Made by a program: the position numbers and the translations under genes. DNA of 64,000 nucleotides from Tubiluchus corallicola (Eukaryota; Animalia; Priapulida), in assembly GCA_030141605.1 (NCBI GenBank), contig JAQGDQ010000451.1, positions 124,001 through 188,000 of the forward strand, in the 5' to 3' direction. The notes below the pieces were generated by a model. That model saw only the letters and a program-made list of their open reading frames with translations. It ran no database searches and was not told the origin of the DNA. How positions within the stretch are numbered: position 1 is the stretch's first letter; each line of letters begins with the position of its first letter. Shown here piece after piece: positions 24,415 through 38,380 of the stretch.

Positions 24415-25982
24415 TTTTTTCTTTCGTCTGAATATAAAGTACAAGACTACTTTGAAGTATCGTGGGGTTTTTCTTTCGTCTGAATATAAAGTACAAGACT
24501 ACTTTGAAGTATCGTGGGGTTTTTCTTTCGTCTGAATGTAAAGTACCAGACTACTTTGAAGTATCGTGGGGTTTTTCTTTCGTCTGAATGTAAAGTACAA
24601 GACTACTTTGAAGTATCGTGAGTTTTTTCTTTCGTCTGAATATAAAGTACAAGACTACTTTGAAATATCGTGAGTTTTTTCTTTCCTCTGAATATAAAGT
24701 ACAAGACTACTTTGAAATATCGTGGGTTTTTTCTTTCCTCTGAAGATGAAGTACAAGACTACTTTGAAATATCGTGGGTTTTTTCTTTCGTCTGAATATA
24801 AAGTACAAGACTACTTTGAAATATCGTGGGTTTTTTCTTTCGTCTGAATATGAAGTACAAGACTACTTTGAAATATCGTGGGTTTTTTCTTTCGTCTGAA
24901 TATAAAGTACAAGACTACTTTGAAATATCGTGGGTTTTTTCTTTCCTCTGAAGATGAAGTACAAGACTACTTTGAAATATCGTGGGTTTTTTCTTTCGTC
25001 TGAATGTAAAGTACAAGACTACTTTGAAGTATCGTGAGTTTTTTCTTTCGTCTGAATATAAAGTACAAGACTACTTTGAAATATCGTGAGTTTTTTCTTT
25101 CCTCTGAATATAAAGTACAAGACTACTTTGAAATATCGTGGGTTTTTTCTTTCCTCTGAATATGAAGTACAAGACTACTTTGAAATATCGTGGGTTTTTT
25201 CTTTCGTCTGAATATAAAGTACAAGACTACTTTGAAATATCGTGGGTTTTTTCTTTCGTCTGAATATAAAGTACAAGACTACTTTGAAATATCGTGAGTT
25301 TTTTCTTTCGTCTGAATATAAAGTACAAGACTACTTTGAAATATCGTGGGTTTTTTCTTTCCTCTGAAGATGAAGTACAAGACTACTTTGAAATATCGTG
25401 GGTTTTTTCTTTCGTCTGAATATATAGTACAAGACTACTTTGAAATATCGTGGGTTTTTTCTTTCGTCTGAATATGAAGTACAAGACTACTTTGAAATAT
25501 CGTTTGTTTTTTCTTTCGTCTGAATATAAAGTACAAGACTACTTTGAAATATCGTGAGTTTTTTCTTTCGTCTGAATATAAAGTACAAGACTACTTTGAA
25601 ATATCGTGGGGGTTTTCTTTCGTCTGAATATAAAGTACAAGACTACTTTGAAATATCGTGGGTTTTTTCTTTCGTCTGAATATGAAGTGCACGACTACTT
25701 TGAAGTATCGTGGGGGTTTTCTTTCGTCTGAATATAAAGTACAAGACTACTTTGAAATATCGTCGGTTTTTTCTTTCGTCTGAATATGAAGTACAAGACT
25801 ACTTTGAAATATCGTGGGTTTTTTCTTTCGTCTGAATATATAGTACAAGACTACTTTGAAATATCGTGGGTTTTTCTTTCGTCTGAATATAAAGTACAAG
25901 ACTACTTTGAAATATCGTGGGTTTTTTCTTTCGTCTGAATATGAAGTACAAGACTACTTTGAAATATCCTGGGTTTTTTTCT
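24415..25982. repeat. 52-bp minisatellite, ~30 copies
   Basis: Unit TTTTTTCTTTCGTCTGAATATAAAGTACAAGACTACTTTGAAATATCGTGGG. Confidence 0.97.
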
Positions 25983-26486
25983 GTTTTTCAGTTGTAATAT
26001 TTTTTAATTCACCAGAGAAGAGCCGAAGACAATTTATAGACACCGATAAAGCATTTACTACTGCGTAATTGAAACGACGTTTCGCATGTTTTCGGAAGCC
26101 ACAATTTCTATAAACTGTATAGAAATTCATTAGTCTGTTCTTCATGATCAAACAGCCTGTAATGGGGCTCTGGCGTAACGCTGCATAAGCTCCAGCAATC
26201 GTTTAGCAAGCTTAATGAGGAGAATGCGAATTTGAGACTTCATAAACAGCTGAAAAACGTTTTCACGACACGTGTTTACAATTTTATAGCCCATGTTGCA
26301 GGGCTTATAATTCCAGTTCTCCATCCACACAGCGCGTCTGCATAAAATGCGGGTACGCTTCCTGACTGAATTAAATCATGTGTGACGTCACGGAGTGGCA
26401 GGTGACATTTTTACAGGCTTAGCGAAGCTATTTTTGATTCGCGCATTGTAAAGCTGCGCAAACGACAAGAATATACAGTAGAATAA

Positions 26487-26546
26487 AATAACAACAACAG
26501 CAACAGCAGCAACAACAACAATAATAATAATAATAATAATAACAAT

Positions 26547-26600
<54 letters not shown>

Positions 26601-27240
26601 AATAATAATAACGACAACAACAACAACAATAACAACAACAACAATAACAACAATAATAATAATAATAATAACAACGACAACGATAATAATAATAAAATTC
26701 TTTATTGCCTTTAAATTGCACACCAAAAATGATGTTACAATCAGTATGGTAAACTGTTGTCAGCAATGGTGTTTTTAGAGTAAAACTACATTTAAGATAA
26801 AAACACAAATGAAATTCTAATTATAATAACACATTTCATAAACTCATTTTGAGGGTAGTAAGATGTACACATTACACATTAAATACAATATACAAATACG
26901 ATACACATTGAATGCAATACATAAATACATTTACAAAATTTACAGTAGGATTTTACGCTATAAAGTACAGACTACAGGTCATGGGAATACAAAAAAATGT
27001 CTTTGCTTAATTCTCTTTGTACGTCAAGACAGTATTTTTTAGTTCTTTGTTGAACTTTTTTACGTAAAATATTTTTACAGATTTTGCGTTAAGTGGCAAG
27101 CGTTCCAGGTGTTTATTGTTGTTTTACAAAAACAGAATTGGGTCCATATTTGTTATCTGTTTTTATTTGTTTTATGCTGTGTGTTCTATTGTTTAACTTT
27201 CTCTCATAGGTTGTATTATCTCACCACCGAAAAAGCGATT
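26487..27240 (-). mobile_element. 3' end of a decayed CR1/L2-group LINE with a (TTG/TTA)n tail (26487-26693)
   Basis: Minus strand with frameshifts reads YNL*, TDNKYGPNSV, INTWN-LPLNAKSVK...KKFNKELK, the typical YNLR...YG..S....WN.LP...K......FK..LK C-terminus, then a T-rich UTR, AATAAA and the trinucleotide tail. Confidence 0.6.
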
Positions 27241-27261
27241 CATCGTCGAAAAAAATCCGGA

Positions 27262-27845
<584 letters not shown>

Positions 27846-28218
27846 AGAGCAAATTGTGTATTTAATTTAGTTTATGTTAGTTATTTAATGCGGTCTTAGT
27901 TTGTGGACATTGCTTTGACTGCTTCCTTCATTCTCCATAATTTTCTTTCTCTTGCTAGCAGCTAGAGTCCCACGTCTTCCAGCTTTATTCTAATATCGCT
28001 AGATTTTTTAGCTATTATGTCAGTGAAAGTTAAGATTCTATCACTGAACTACCGACTTAAATCAAACGAAGGAACAATCTTGGTGTCAATTTATCCAAAT
28101 TTCACAACTCAAAATGGATGATATTGTCATTATTACTGCTGTCAATGACATCCATCTACCCGCTTCACAAAAAAACTGCAACTTTTTGGACAGCACTGAA
28201 AGTTTGGCTAGGCATGAC

Positions 28219-28327
28219 CAGGGCTTATTTCAAGGTGGGGAAGTGGGGATACTTCCCCGGTGCCTCACCCTCCATGGGGGCCTCGCGCCAAGGCAACATT
28301 TTTTTGCTTTATGCGAACATACTGCCT

Positions 28328-28403
<76 letters not shown>

Positions 28404-28608
28404 CTGCACGCGCGCCGTTTACCAGTATTGACAAGTATTAAGGACTGGTCTTGAGAATAAAGCAGTTTTTCTTTCAATTGTTCTTTCCTTTAACAACTGT
28501 ATAACTCCAGTTCAAAAATTTTCTGGGCGCCAACCACGGTAGCGCCCGCCCCCCGGCGCTCCCCCCCCCCCACTTCCCCGGGCCTCGCCTAGGCTGAAAT
28601 AGGCCCTG
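28219..28608. mobile_element. hAT-type MITE containing a (CT)n tract
   Basis: TIR CAGGGCTTATTTCA / TGAAATAGGCCCTG; 8-bp target duplication GGCATGAC (28211-28218) / GGCATGGC (28609-28616). Confidence 0.85.
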
Positions 28609-29439
28609 GGCATGGCACACTTATTATTAGCGTAATACCTTTAATTCTATTTGTTTTCAAATTGTTGCTATTTCTAGTTTATTCTGCTTGTTTAACCCTT
28701 TGACTTTTATTCTCGTAAATTTCAAACAAGCGGCAAAAAATAATCTATGAACTAAATCAACTGGAGAGTTCGTTTGGAGAGGATTTTAGAGGCTAAGCTA
28801 ACAGCTTGGGTATCATTTAAGACAGGGATTAGCACAAAACGTGTTTTCAAAGTTCACAATTTTGCAAAGTCTAAGAGGCAGGGGGAGCGTACATATATAT
28901 ATTTTATTTATTTATCGCTTTGTTTCTGTCCTTTCTATATAAGAACAAACATTTTCATTATGTAATAAAAACAACATACAATTAGATGTAATAAAGTAAT
29001 AAAATAGCATGTGCACAACGTAATAAAATAATTAGTGCTCAAACCAAGCAATTGTAATGAAAGTGCAACAATTAAGATGGCAATTAACATAAAAATAAAT
29101 AACAATTAATAATTACGATGTACGACAAGTTAGTGGTTCAGCAGTTTAAAAAATTGTGATTTGTGAAATGTGTGAGAATTTACTGAAGCAAAGGTCACGA
29201 CCGTCACGCAAACGTAGCGGTAAATAAACATATAAATGAAGAAATAAGTAAATGAAATATATATATATACATATATTAATGAAGGAATAAATAAATAAAT
29301 CAGAAAATAAGTTATGATAAGTAAATGAATGACTAAATGATAAAGAAATCGATGTTGATAAACAATGAAAACTTGCTTACTCTACTGCCCTCAGATATTT
29401 ACTTCACAGTGGAACAATGGTGCGGATCAAACTAACGTG

Positions 29440-29730
29440 TTTGAAAAACGGAAAATGGGAAGAAGTCAGGACACAGCCTGGGTTTGAACCATGTATCCCC
29501 CGTTTACCTGGCGAACGTCATTATTGCTAGAATACTGTGCTCACAGTGATACTGACAAGTTCTAGTTAACCATCCAGAACACGTAATGTGGTCTGGCGAT
29601 TGTGGCGTCCGACAGCAAAGTGGAAGTCCCTGGTTTACATCCAGACAGTATCCCCCAGAACCTCCTTTATTTAAATCCAGGCAGTATTCCCATTTTTTCA
29701 CATTTCACCTCATTTGGTTTCAAAAATTTC
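29440..29730. mobile_element. Palindromic twin-tRNA-like element, diverged copy
   Basis: Minus-strand B-box GGTTCAAACCC on the left, plus-strand A/B-box-like sequence on the right, ending TTTTTTCACATTTC as at 42955-42967. Confidence 0.55.
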
Positions 29731-31132
29731 AATTATTTTACGGCCAAGTTTGTTCCATCTTTAATAGTAATCTTAAAATTAGAATTATAGATAATTAATT
29801 AGACGGAGACTGTATGTCTGTTGGTTTGTCTGTCACGCGCAGCTGACTAATAGGAAACATGAATATAAGTTTACTTGTTAACTTACAGCGTTTTAATTAA
29901 TTACAACAACATGGCGGCGTCCAATAACTCGTATCAAATTTTGCTGAAAAGCGCCACCTGCGCAAAAATTGCAATCTTTCAAACGCGGTTGAGATCCTAT
30001 GACAACGCCATGTTTTCTGACACGTGTAATTAAAATCTTACGAAAACGCTATCTTCCTGACACATAATAACGAGTGACGTCACTGGGAGATCTATAACAT
30101 TCTACTGAGTGTGAAAATTGACAAAATTTCAAAATAGAAATACGGAGTATAAAATAAACTAAACCGAGGTGCCAAAAGCAATAACATGATAGCCTCGAGC
30201 GAGAGGCGTTCTCCGGGGAGTTTCTCCTTCAAAAGAGAAGCTGTAATTTTTTGCTCCCCAAAACAAATAAGCAAATCCGCGAGAATGCAGCAGGGAAAGT
30301 CTTCAAGACATTGCCAGGAAGAAGCTGAAAATGATTTGAGGTGACAAGAAACAAAATTATTTGAATTCGTTTAAGAGTTCACGCGAAGCGTCATTAATCA
30401 ATTGGAAGTCAATATTCAAATGAAATAGAGAAGGTCAGCGAATAAAAGGGAAGGTCTGCGATTTGTTTTTAAATAAAGAAATGAGGAACTTTTTTACCTG
30501 GTTCAAAAATTCGGGTTTTTGAAAATGAAAAATACTTAGTAATTTTAGTCAATTGCATCAAAAGCCAACCAGACGTTATAACGTAATCCCAGAATGCATC
30601 AGTAGCCCAGGAAAAAATAATTATCTTCACGCTTACCTTATTTTCTCTAATGCTGCTGGTTTGTACACTGACAATTCTTTGTCTTTACAAGACGTAAATT
30701 AATTTTGTTGGTAAGTATTTAACTAACAACGAATACTGTATTTAAAATGGCTGCATCTAGTACATATTTTGAATGTTGAAAAATCACAAGCAGACGACGC
30801 TGTGGATCGTTATGGCGAGACCGGAATCTTGAAGATAATCAAGGCTAGTTGACGAAGAAGGGACACTGAGTCAGAGAGATGTTTTAGCAATGTTTAGCTT
30901 GAATACGTCCGCAACGATACCCAGGGACAGTATGACAGCTGAACCCATCCAGAACGTGTGTTGAACCCGACAGTCAGCCATCAAATCACTGAGTAGCTTA
31001 GGCGTTGCTTAAGTTTGGTCGTTATGCACACATTTTGATCACACAGCTATCCTTGCTGCTCGGTGAGTTTTTAAGGAATACTCGGTAAATTCTTCATAAA
31101 TTTATAAACAACAAGCATAGCTTATGACAGTT

Positions 31133-31219
31133 TAGCAGCAAAGCTAGCAGCAACAGCAGCAGAAACAGTGGGGTAGCCTTAGCAGTAGCAACCACCACCA
31201 ACGCCACCATCACCACCCA

Positions 31220-31251
<32 letters not shown>

Positions 31252-31604
31252 ACAGCATCACCACCACCACCACCACCACCACCAACAACAACAACAGCAG
31301 AAGCAGTGGGGTAGCCTTAGCAGTAGCAACCACCACCAACTCCACCATCACCATCCGCAGCAACAACAACAGCAGCAACAACAACAACAACAACAACAAC
31401 ATCACCGCCATCAGCACCACCACCACCAACAACAACAGCAACAATAACAGCATCGCCACCACCAGCACAACCAACAACAACAACAACAGCATCACTACCA
31501 CCAGCACCACCACCACTACCACCACCACCAACAACAACAGCAGCAGCAGCACATCACCACCCACCACCACCACCACCACCACCACCACCACCACCACCAC
31601 CACC

Positions 31605-31654
<50 letters not shown>

Positions 31655-31671
31655 AAACAACGATAACGACG

Positions 31672-31754
<83 letters not shown>

Positions 31755-31760
31755 AGCAGC
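31133..31760. repeat. Compound (AAC/ACC/AGC)n microsatellite with a small internal duplication
   Basis: Direct reading; CAGTGGGGTAGCCTTAGCAGTAGCAACC occurs twice. Confidence 0.95.
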
Positions 31761-32389
31761 ATCTACAGCAAATAAGCCTTCAAGTGTCACGTGATCGTAT
31801 GTCGTATATGAAGCCAGAAAATGTCAACTGGAGACTGGCGCAGTTTGAAAATCTCAAAAAATTGTTTGAAAGCGAACCTATCCGTCATCGAGTCGCCTTA
31901 TTAGACGTTTATTTAAAATTCCCCTTGAAAATGTTTTCTAATCAGCATCAGTTTGTCAATTTAGCTGAGACCGTGGCGCTAAGTGAGGAAAAATATGAAC
32001 GTTTCGCTCCATTCGACCATCTATCATCATCGTTTCCTCAACTTGAGAGTAAATCTGGGCACTTGTGGTCACCCCATTCATGTGAATGGAGAAGGGTAAT
32101 GTAATCAAGAGTGCTCGGCCATTGATCATCATTCATAAGCGTGCGTTTGACTGGTGATCGATATGTGTATTGATTGAGTAAGATCAACGCCAGCAGCTGC
32201 AACGGTGCGTCCTGATTTCAAAGAAGTCGTTTAGGTGAGTTTACCTAGATGGATTGTAATTGCACACTCCAACTACAGCTCCATTACTGTGTATTGTATC
32301 GCCACGCGCATGCGCTATACTGTTGTTTACTTGTTTACACGAGAAAAGCTCAGATAACTGAAATGCATTAACACAATGATTTTGCGTTT

Positions 32390-32475
32390 CTGCAGAAATA
32401 AAGAAATTATGAAAACCTAAAACCTAGCCTGGTTTTGAACTAGCAACCTTCTCGATACAAGTCGAGCACCTTGTC
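32390..32475 (-). mobile_element. tRNA-derived arm (single)
   Basis: Reverse complement GGTGCTCGACTTGTATCGAGAAGGTTGCTAGTTCAAAACCAGGCT: anticodon-like stem-loop plus B-box. Confidence 0.5.
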
Positions 32476-33000
32476 CCTTTTTTAATTGTGTCATAATTAT
32501 GTAAAGTTTTCAATGACTGTCCGCTTCCACTGAACTTCAAATGAGTTCAAAAATAAATGTAACCCTAAGTGATAATGAAGCATAGAACATCAAAAACTAA
32601 GTCTCTGCCAATGCTATATTTTAAATCCTATATTTTATCATCCTACAACAGTTTCGCCATTACATGAATCCAGTTGCCAGAAAAGTTCATTATTTTGTGA
32701 ATTTATGGCTGACCTAACATGACTTTGTATTCCTATAACAACCGTTCAAGCCTTGATTGCAACAATTTGTGTTGCCTTTTTTCCTGACTTTTTCCCCGCT
32801 GCCATAAATCTTGATATTTTCTTCGTCTTACAAACGTCGCTGTATTCAGCTAAAAAGAATTAATATGGCTTCAACATGGCTTCAGGTAACGCTCATTACA
32901 GCTTTTATTTGGCAGCTTCTGTGGCTTTGAAACGTTTGGGGACGTTTTATAGATTGAGCTTTTTTGCTTTTGTATAAACCCCAATTTGTTGCTGTAGGAT

Positions 33001-33610
33001 ATTGCTGTTGCTGCTGCTATTGTTGTTGTTGTTGTTGTTGTAGCTGTTGCTGCTGTTGTTGTTGTTCTAGCTGTTGTTGTTGTTGTTGTTGTTGTTATAG
33101 CTGTTGCTGTTGCTGTTGTAGCTGTTGCTGTTGTAGCTGTTGATGATGCTGTTGCTGTTGTAGCTGTTGCTGCTGCTGTTGTTATTGTAGCTGTTGCTCT
33201 TGTAGCTGTTACTGCTGCTGTTTTTGTTGTAGCTGTTGTTGTTGCTATTGTTGTTGTAGCTGTTGCTGTTGTTGTTGTTGTTGTAGCTGTTGCTGTTGTA
33301 GTTGTTGCTGTTGTAGCTGTTGTTGCTGCTGTTGTTGTTGTAGCTGTTGCTGGTGTAGTTGTAGCTGTTGCCGTTGCTGTTGTTGCTGCTACTACTGTTG
33401 TTGCTGCTGCTGCTGTTGTTGTTGTTGTTGTAGCTGTTTCTGTTGCTGCTGCTGTTGTTGTTGCAGCTATTGTTGTTGTTGTTGTTGTTGTTGTAGCTGT
33501 TGCTGTTGTTGTTGTTGTTTTCGTTGTCGCTGTTGTCATCATCATCATCGTCATCGCGTCGTCGTCATTGCCGTTGCTGTTGTTGTTGCTGCTGCTGTTG
33601 CGCTGCTGCT
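33001..33610. repeat. Compound (GTT/GCT/GTA)n microsatellite
   Basis: Direct reading; source of the poly-T/A ORF. Confidence 0.95.
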
Positions 33611-34050
33611 TCTTTTTCTATTACTTCAGTTGCCATTCTTCTTTCTGTTTCTAAGTTTTTTGTTTTTCTTCTTTTGCTAACTTAGCTTTTCCTCCTCATC
33701 TTTTCATTCGGTTTCTTGTCCCTTTCTATTTTCCGTTCCTTCATCTTCTGCTGTTGCGTCTGCAACTTTTTACTTTCCTCGTCTTATATCATATCGTGAC
33801 ATGACGTCTTCCATTATTATTTCAACATGATTAATGTTATGATTACTGCAATATTAAAGGCGAATGTCATACTGTCTACAAACTTGTGATGAAATATAAT
33901 ATGAGACTTGTAGTGCAATAAATTAGACTCCCTTGTGTTGTCACACTTAACACAACCAACAGCTATCATTATGAACCGAGACTCTATAATATAAAGCGGT
34001 GGCAACAATTCATCATCATTTCTTGTGTGTTATTCGTGCAAAAGAGTTTT

Positions 34051-34556
34051 GTTCACGTGATCATTATAATCATCTCAATGTCGTCATCATCGCAATGTCG
34101 TCATCGCAATGTTCACGTGATCATTATAATCATCGCAATGTCGTCATCGCAATGTTCACGTGATCATTATAATCATCGCAATGTCGTCATCATCGCAATG
34201 TCGTCATTGCAGTGTTCAGTGATCATTATAATCATCGCAATGTTCACGTGATCATTATAATCATCGCAATGTTCACGTGATCATTATAATCATCGCAATG
34301 TCGTCATCGCAGTGTTCAGTGATCATTATAATCATCGCAATGTCGTCATCGCAGTGTTCAGTGATCATTATAATCATCGCAATGTTCACGTGATCATTAT
34401 AATCATCGCAATGTTCACGTGATCATTATAATCATCGCAATGTCGTCATCGCAGTGTTCAGTGATCATTATAATCATCGCAATGTCGTCATCGCAGTGTT
34501 CAGTGATCATTATAATCATCGCAATGTTCACGTGATCATTATAATCATCGCAATGG
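34051..34556. repeat. Minisatellite with interleaved 29-bp and ~41-42-bp units
   Basis: Core GTTCACGTGATCATTATAATCATCGCAAT with an optional GTCGTCATCGCA(A/G)T module. Confidence 0.93.
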
Positions 34557-35854
34557 CGTCATTTTTGGATAGTCAAAAATAGTTCGCATATGGTAAGCAT
34601 GTTTGAAAATCTTACAAAACTTTCTGCTGCGTTTGAAAAGAGAAATTTCTTAACCCTTTCAGTCCGTTTTGTAGGACACTTTTTTACCTCAACAGATAAT
34701 CATACAGTTGAGATACAAATAGACAGACGAGCAGACAGACACACAGGCAGATATACACTGATATTTGAAAGAATTATATTAAGATAACATTCTAATTTTC
34801 TTTTTAATAATTATTCGTAGTTTTACAATAAGTATAATAGTAAAACTGGGGAATAAGATGAAAAAACTCCCATTTAATTCAAGCTGTTAAATTGAAAAAA
34901 TATGTTACTTTTTAAAAATGTTAGTCTATAGACTATAGGTAGTTGTTAAACGTTAGTTTATTTCATACATGAAAAGTACGTAGCATATAAAACACCATGT
35001 AAAAATTAAAAATTAATTACGATTTAAAATAATATACAATAAAACGAATGCTGATACTGAAATAAATGAAAAATGGTTATAGAGACATATACAATAGCAT
35101 ATAATTGCACAATGGGTGTTGTGGGTTGTGTTTGTTTTTTATTATTATTTCTGTCTTTTCTTAACTCTGTTATTATTATCTCTGTCTTAAATTTCTAAAA
35201 TTAACATCACATTGGCTTATATAAAACTATTACATAATTGTTAAAATCTTATTATTAGCTACATTTAGTAATAAAATCACAGATTAAACTATCAGGAAAT
35301 GTAAGTCTGCTGAAAAATTAGTGAAAATTTGTTCAGCTGGTGTAGTCATGAGTGTGTCGATTTCACGTTAATAAGCTCAGAAAGTAATACTGGAACAGTT
35401 TCATGTTCTATTTCTAGATTCAGATTTGGCCTAGAACTGTTGATTGATTCGTGTTACCCTCCAGCAGTGACATCCGCCGGGATTCCGGCGCACCGCTTAA
35501 TTAACTCATTCCCTCCGCTAGTCACGCTCACTGAAATTAGCCTGCGGCATCATTCGGTGCAAAATGTGTTTTCTATTGTGTAATCGTGAGATTTGCGTAA
35601 TCACTTCTTGGCCAGAGGCTTCCAATACGAGCAATTGGTAAGGATGTTTGTGTCTTAGCAACAGCCGCATCTTGCAGTTGTCAAGAATCCCGTTGCTAAG
35701 TGCAATGGAAATTGTCAAATATTATGTCTTATTCCTAACACTCATTTTAACGAGATGTTAAGTTAAAAAGGGAAGACAGGGGAATTTTAAACTACATTTT
35801 TCATACTTACTTTTCGTACAAAGTTGCACTACGTAGCACTACGCTTACATGTTG

Positions 35855-36262
35855 GAAAGAATTATGCAATTGGAAAAGGAATTTTTTGCAATTTAAAAGT
35901 TCGTGCCAAATGGTAAAATGGCACTGGATCACCATCCCAGTGTGCACCACTGGTTCACCAAAAAACACATTACTAATGTTATTGACAATATAAAGTAGTT
36001 TAAACTTTTGTTTATTTAACGAAGGTTGTCCTACGAATGCTCTGATTATTTTTCAAACTTTACGCAATGTTATCTAAACTTATTTCAAATGATTTACAGT
36101 TAAAATGGCTGCGCCTAAGTGTCATGGCGGGAGTTTAAATTTACAATTTTTATAAACGTTACTGCTAACGCAAGCTCTCTATGCAATAAACTGTATGTAA
36201 GTGATACAAAATTTCGAGACGAATTTTTAAGCCTTATTTATGAAGAGTGTTTTTGTTCTTCG
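35855..36262 (+). mobile_element. Degenerate family A fragment (other fragments at ~37510-37762, ~38810-38960, ~47430-47760, ~62200-62400)
   Basis: Shares CCAGTGTGCACCACT, CGAATGCTCTGATTATTTTTCAAACTTTAC and GCGGGAGTTTAAATTTAC with the full-length copies. Confidence 0.7.
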
Positions 36263-36555
36263 AGTTTAAACTTGCAAAGTCGTATTGAAACAGGTTCCTC
36301 AACCATTAGAATTTTCCACAATGTTAAGCATTCTGCAAATGGGGATCCAGTACTTAGTCCCAGTGCTTATTAAATGTAAATGATTATAGCAGGACCGGAA
36401 CTTTTTTGTCCTTCGAGTTTAAACTTGCAAAGTTGTATTGAAACAGGTTCCTCAATCATTAGAATTTTCCACAATGTTAAGCATTCTGCAAATGGGGATC
36501 CAGTACTTAGTCCCAGTGCTTATTTAATGTAAATGATTATAGCAGGACCGGAACT
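36250..36555. repeat. 153-bp direct tandem duplication
   Basis: CTTCGAGTTTAAACTTGCAAAG...AGGACCGGAACT at 36258 and 36411, with few mismatches. Confidence 0.95.
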
Positions 36556-36611
36556 AGGCTAGACGTGAAATATAATCCTCTAAGACGAGACATTGAGCTA
36601 GGCACTTAGTC

Positions 36612-36617
<6 letters not shown>

Positions 36618-36662
<45 letters not shown>

Positions 36663-36693
36663 TGCGTGCGCGTGCGTGCGTGCGTGTGTGTGT
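36618..36693. repeat. (GT)n/(GTGC)n microsatellite
   Basis: Direct reading. Confidence 0.95.
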
Positions 36694-37763
36694 ATATACG
36701 TCCCTCCCCACTGTCCTTTAATCCGCCCCGCAATATTTTTATTAAGTTGAACTAATAGTGTTTCATTTTACGCTACAAGCAGGCAACATGGACTCACGCT
36801 GACTTAAAATCTTTACAAAACATTTACCAAATTCCCTGCGTTTGTTTAAGCTTCCTGGGGCTCTCAAATCACTTTGCTTCGCTGCTTTCCTAAAACTTCT
36901 TTGCGAAATTTGCAGGATATTTCCCGAAAAACTCAAACATTTGCGCTAGTGCCCAGCAGGCGCCTGTTTCATCCCTTAATGAAATAAGGTTAATCTCTTT
37001 GGTAAATATAACCGAGACGATTTGGAAAATTTCTGCTGATGACGTCACACAAATCTCATCTTCGCCTGTCGTTAGCGACGTACGAGTTTTTAAAAGGAAT
37101 TGATGGAAACCGTTCTACTGGGAACTGGTCAAACAATTTTTGCATTTGATGGGTGGCGGAAACCAATTGTTAGTTGAAATCCGTTGCCACGAGGAGGAGA
37201 AATTAGATTTATGACTTCACTGTGAGCTGTTTGCGAGCTGAACCCCCAAGAGGGTCGTCGAAATAAATACCCATAAATCGCTTTATGCAACTGATATCCT
37301 CGCTATTGTAAAAATAATCATGACGCAAATTGAATTTATCGATTACTATAAGAAGACAAACTTTAAAACCTATAGAAAATCTTACAGATTTGAAATGTCA
37401 ACGAAATACGGCATTTTTAGAATTTTTTGCCAGTGATGTTAATTAAAGTCTATTTTGTTAACGAGATCATTTTATGCAGATTTTCTGTAGTTAGCGATCA
37501 AAGGGGCAGTTTAAAATACATCCCAAAGAACTTTCCACGTAAAATTATATTATTGAGGATTGGTATTAAAGACTTCTGTAATTAGAAAAGAAAATTGTTA
37601 ATAATTTAAAATATTCGTGCCGTCTGTAAACTGGCACAGCATCGCCATCCCAGTGTGCACCACTGATTCACCAAAAACACATTTTTGATTTTATTGGCAA
37701 TATAAAGTAATTTACACTTTTGCTTAGTTAGCGACGAATCGTCTGACTATTTTTTCAAACTTG

Positions 37764-38018
37764 TGCTCTCGAACGTGTGCACTACGTCACAACTGCACAT
37801 GTCTGAAGAGGTAGAGCACCCGTTTTTGTGCAACGCGTTTCCGAGATACATGTGTTTGTGCTAGCGAATGGGTAAATGGCCATGTAACAGTGAAGAACTA
37901 GCCGCGCGAACGCGAAATTACGTTTCTCAGGTAATAATTCTTTCAGGCAAGTCAGTCTTTAAAAAATAGTATGTTCCCTTTATATATTTTATAGGGTTTG
38001 TTTTGAGCAACGTTTAAG
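37764..38018 (+). mobile_element. Family B 3' fragment, fused directly to a family A fragment
   Basis: TCGAACGTGTGCACT...CATGTAACAGTGAAGAACTAG...AAAAATAGTATG matches 46400-46660. Confidence 0.65.
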
Positions 38019-38026
38019 TTTGAGAA

Positions 38027-38380
38027 ATGTTATGTTGTGTTGTGTTATGTTATGTTATGTTATGTTATGTTATGTTATGTTATGTTATGTTATGTTATGT
38101 TATGTTATGTTATGTTATGTTATGTTATGTTATGTTATGTTATGTTATGTTATGTTATGTTATGTTATGTTATGTTATGTTATAGTTGTTGCAAATTTCA
38201 TGACATTATTTGGTTCTTCGTTGTGGAAAAATATTGTAGAATACACCCTGTTGCATTATTCTGTTAATGAGAAAGTCTACAATATTTTTTCACAACGAAG
38301 AACCAAATAAGGTCATGAAATTTGCAACAACTATAACATAACACAACATAACGTAACATAACGTGACATGACATGACATT
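38027..38380. repeat. Inverted repeat (hairpin) with (GTTAT)n outer arms
   Basis: 38184-38240 is the reverse complement of ~38276-38332; 35-nt loop; (GTTAT)n on the left, degenerate (ATAAC)n on the right. Confidence 0.92.

Noticed and set aside
30790-32240. Second exon of the MOLO-1-like gene (30791 region, ORF 31784-32104)
   Set aside because: No polypyrimidine acceptor, an early stop in the required phase at 30791, and no TPM-like sequence.
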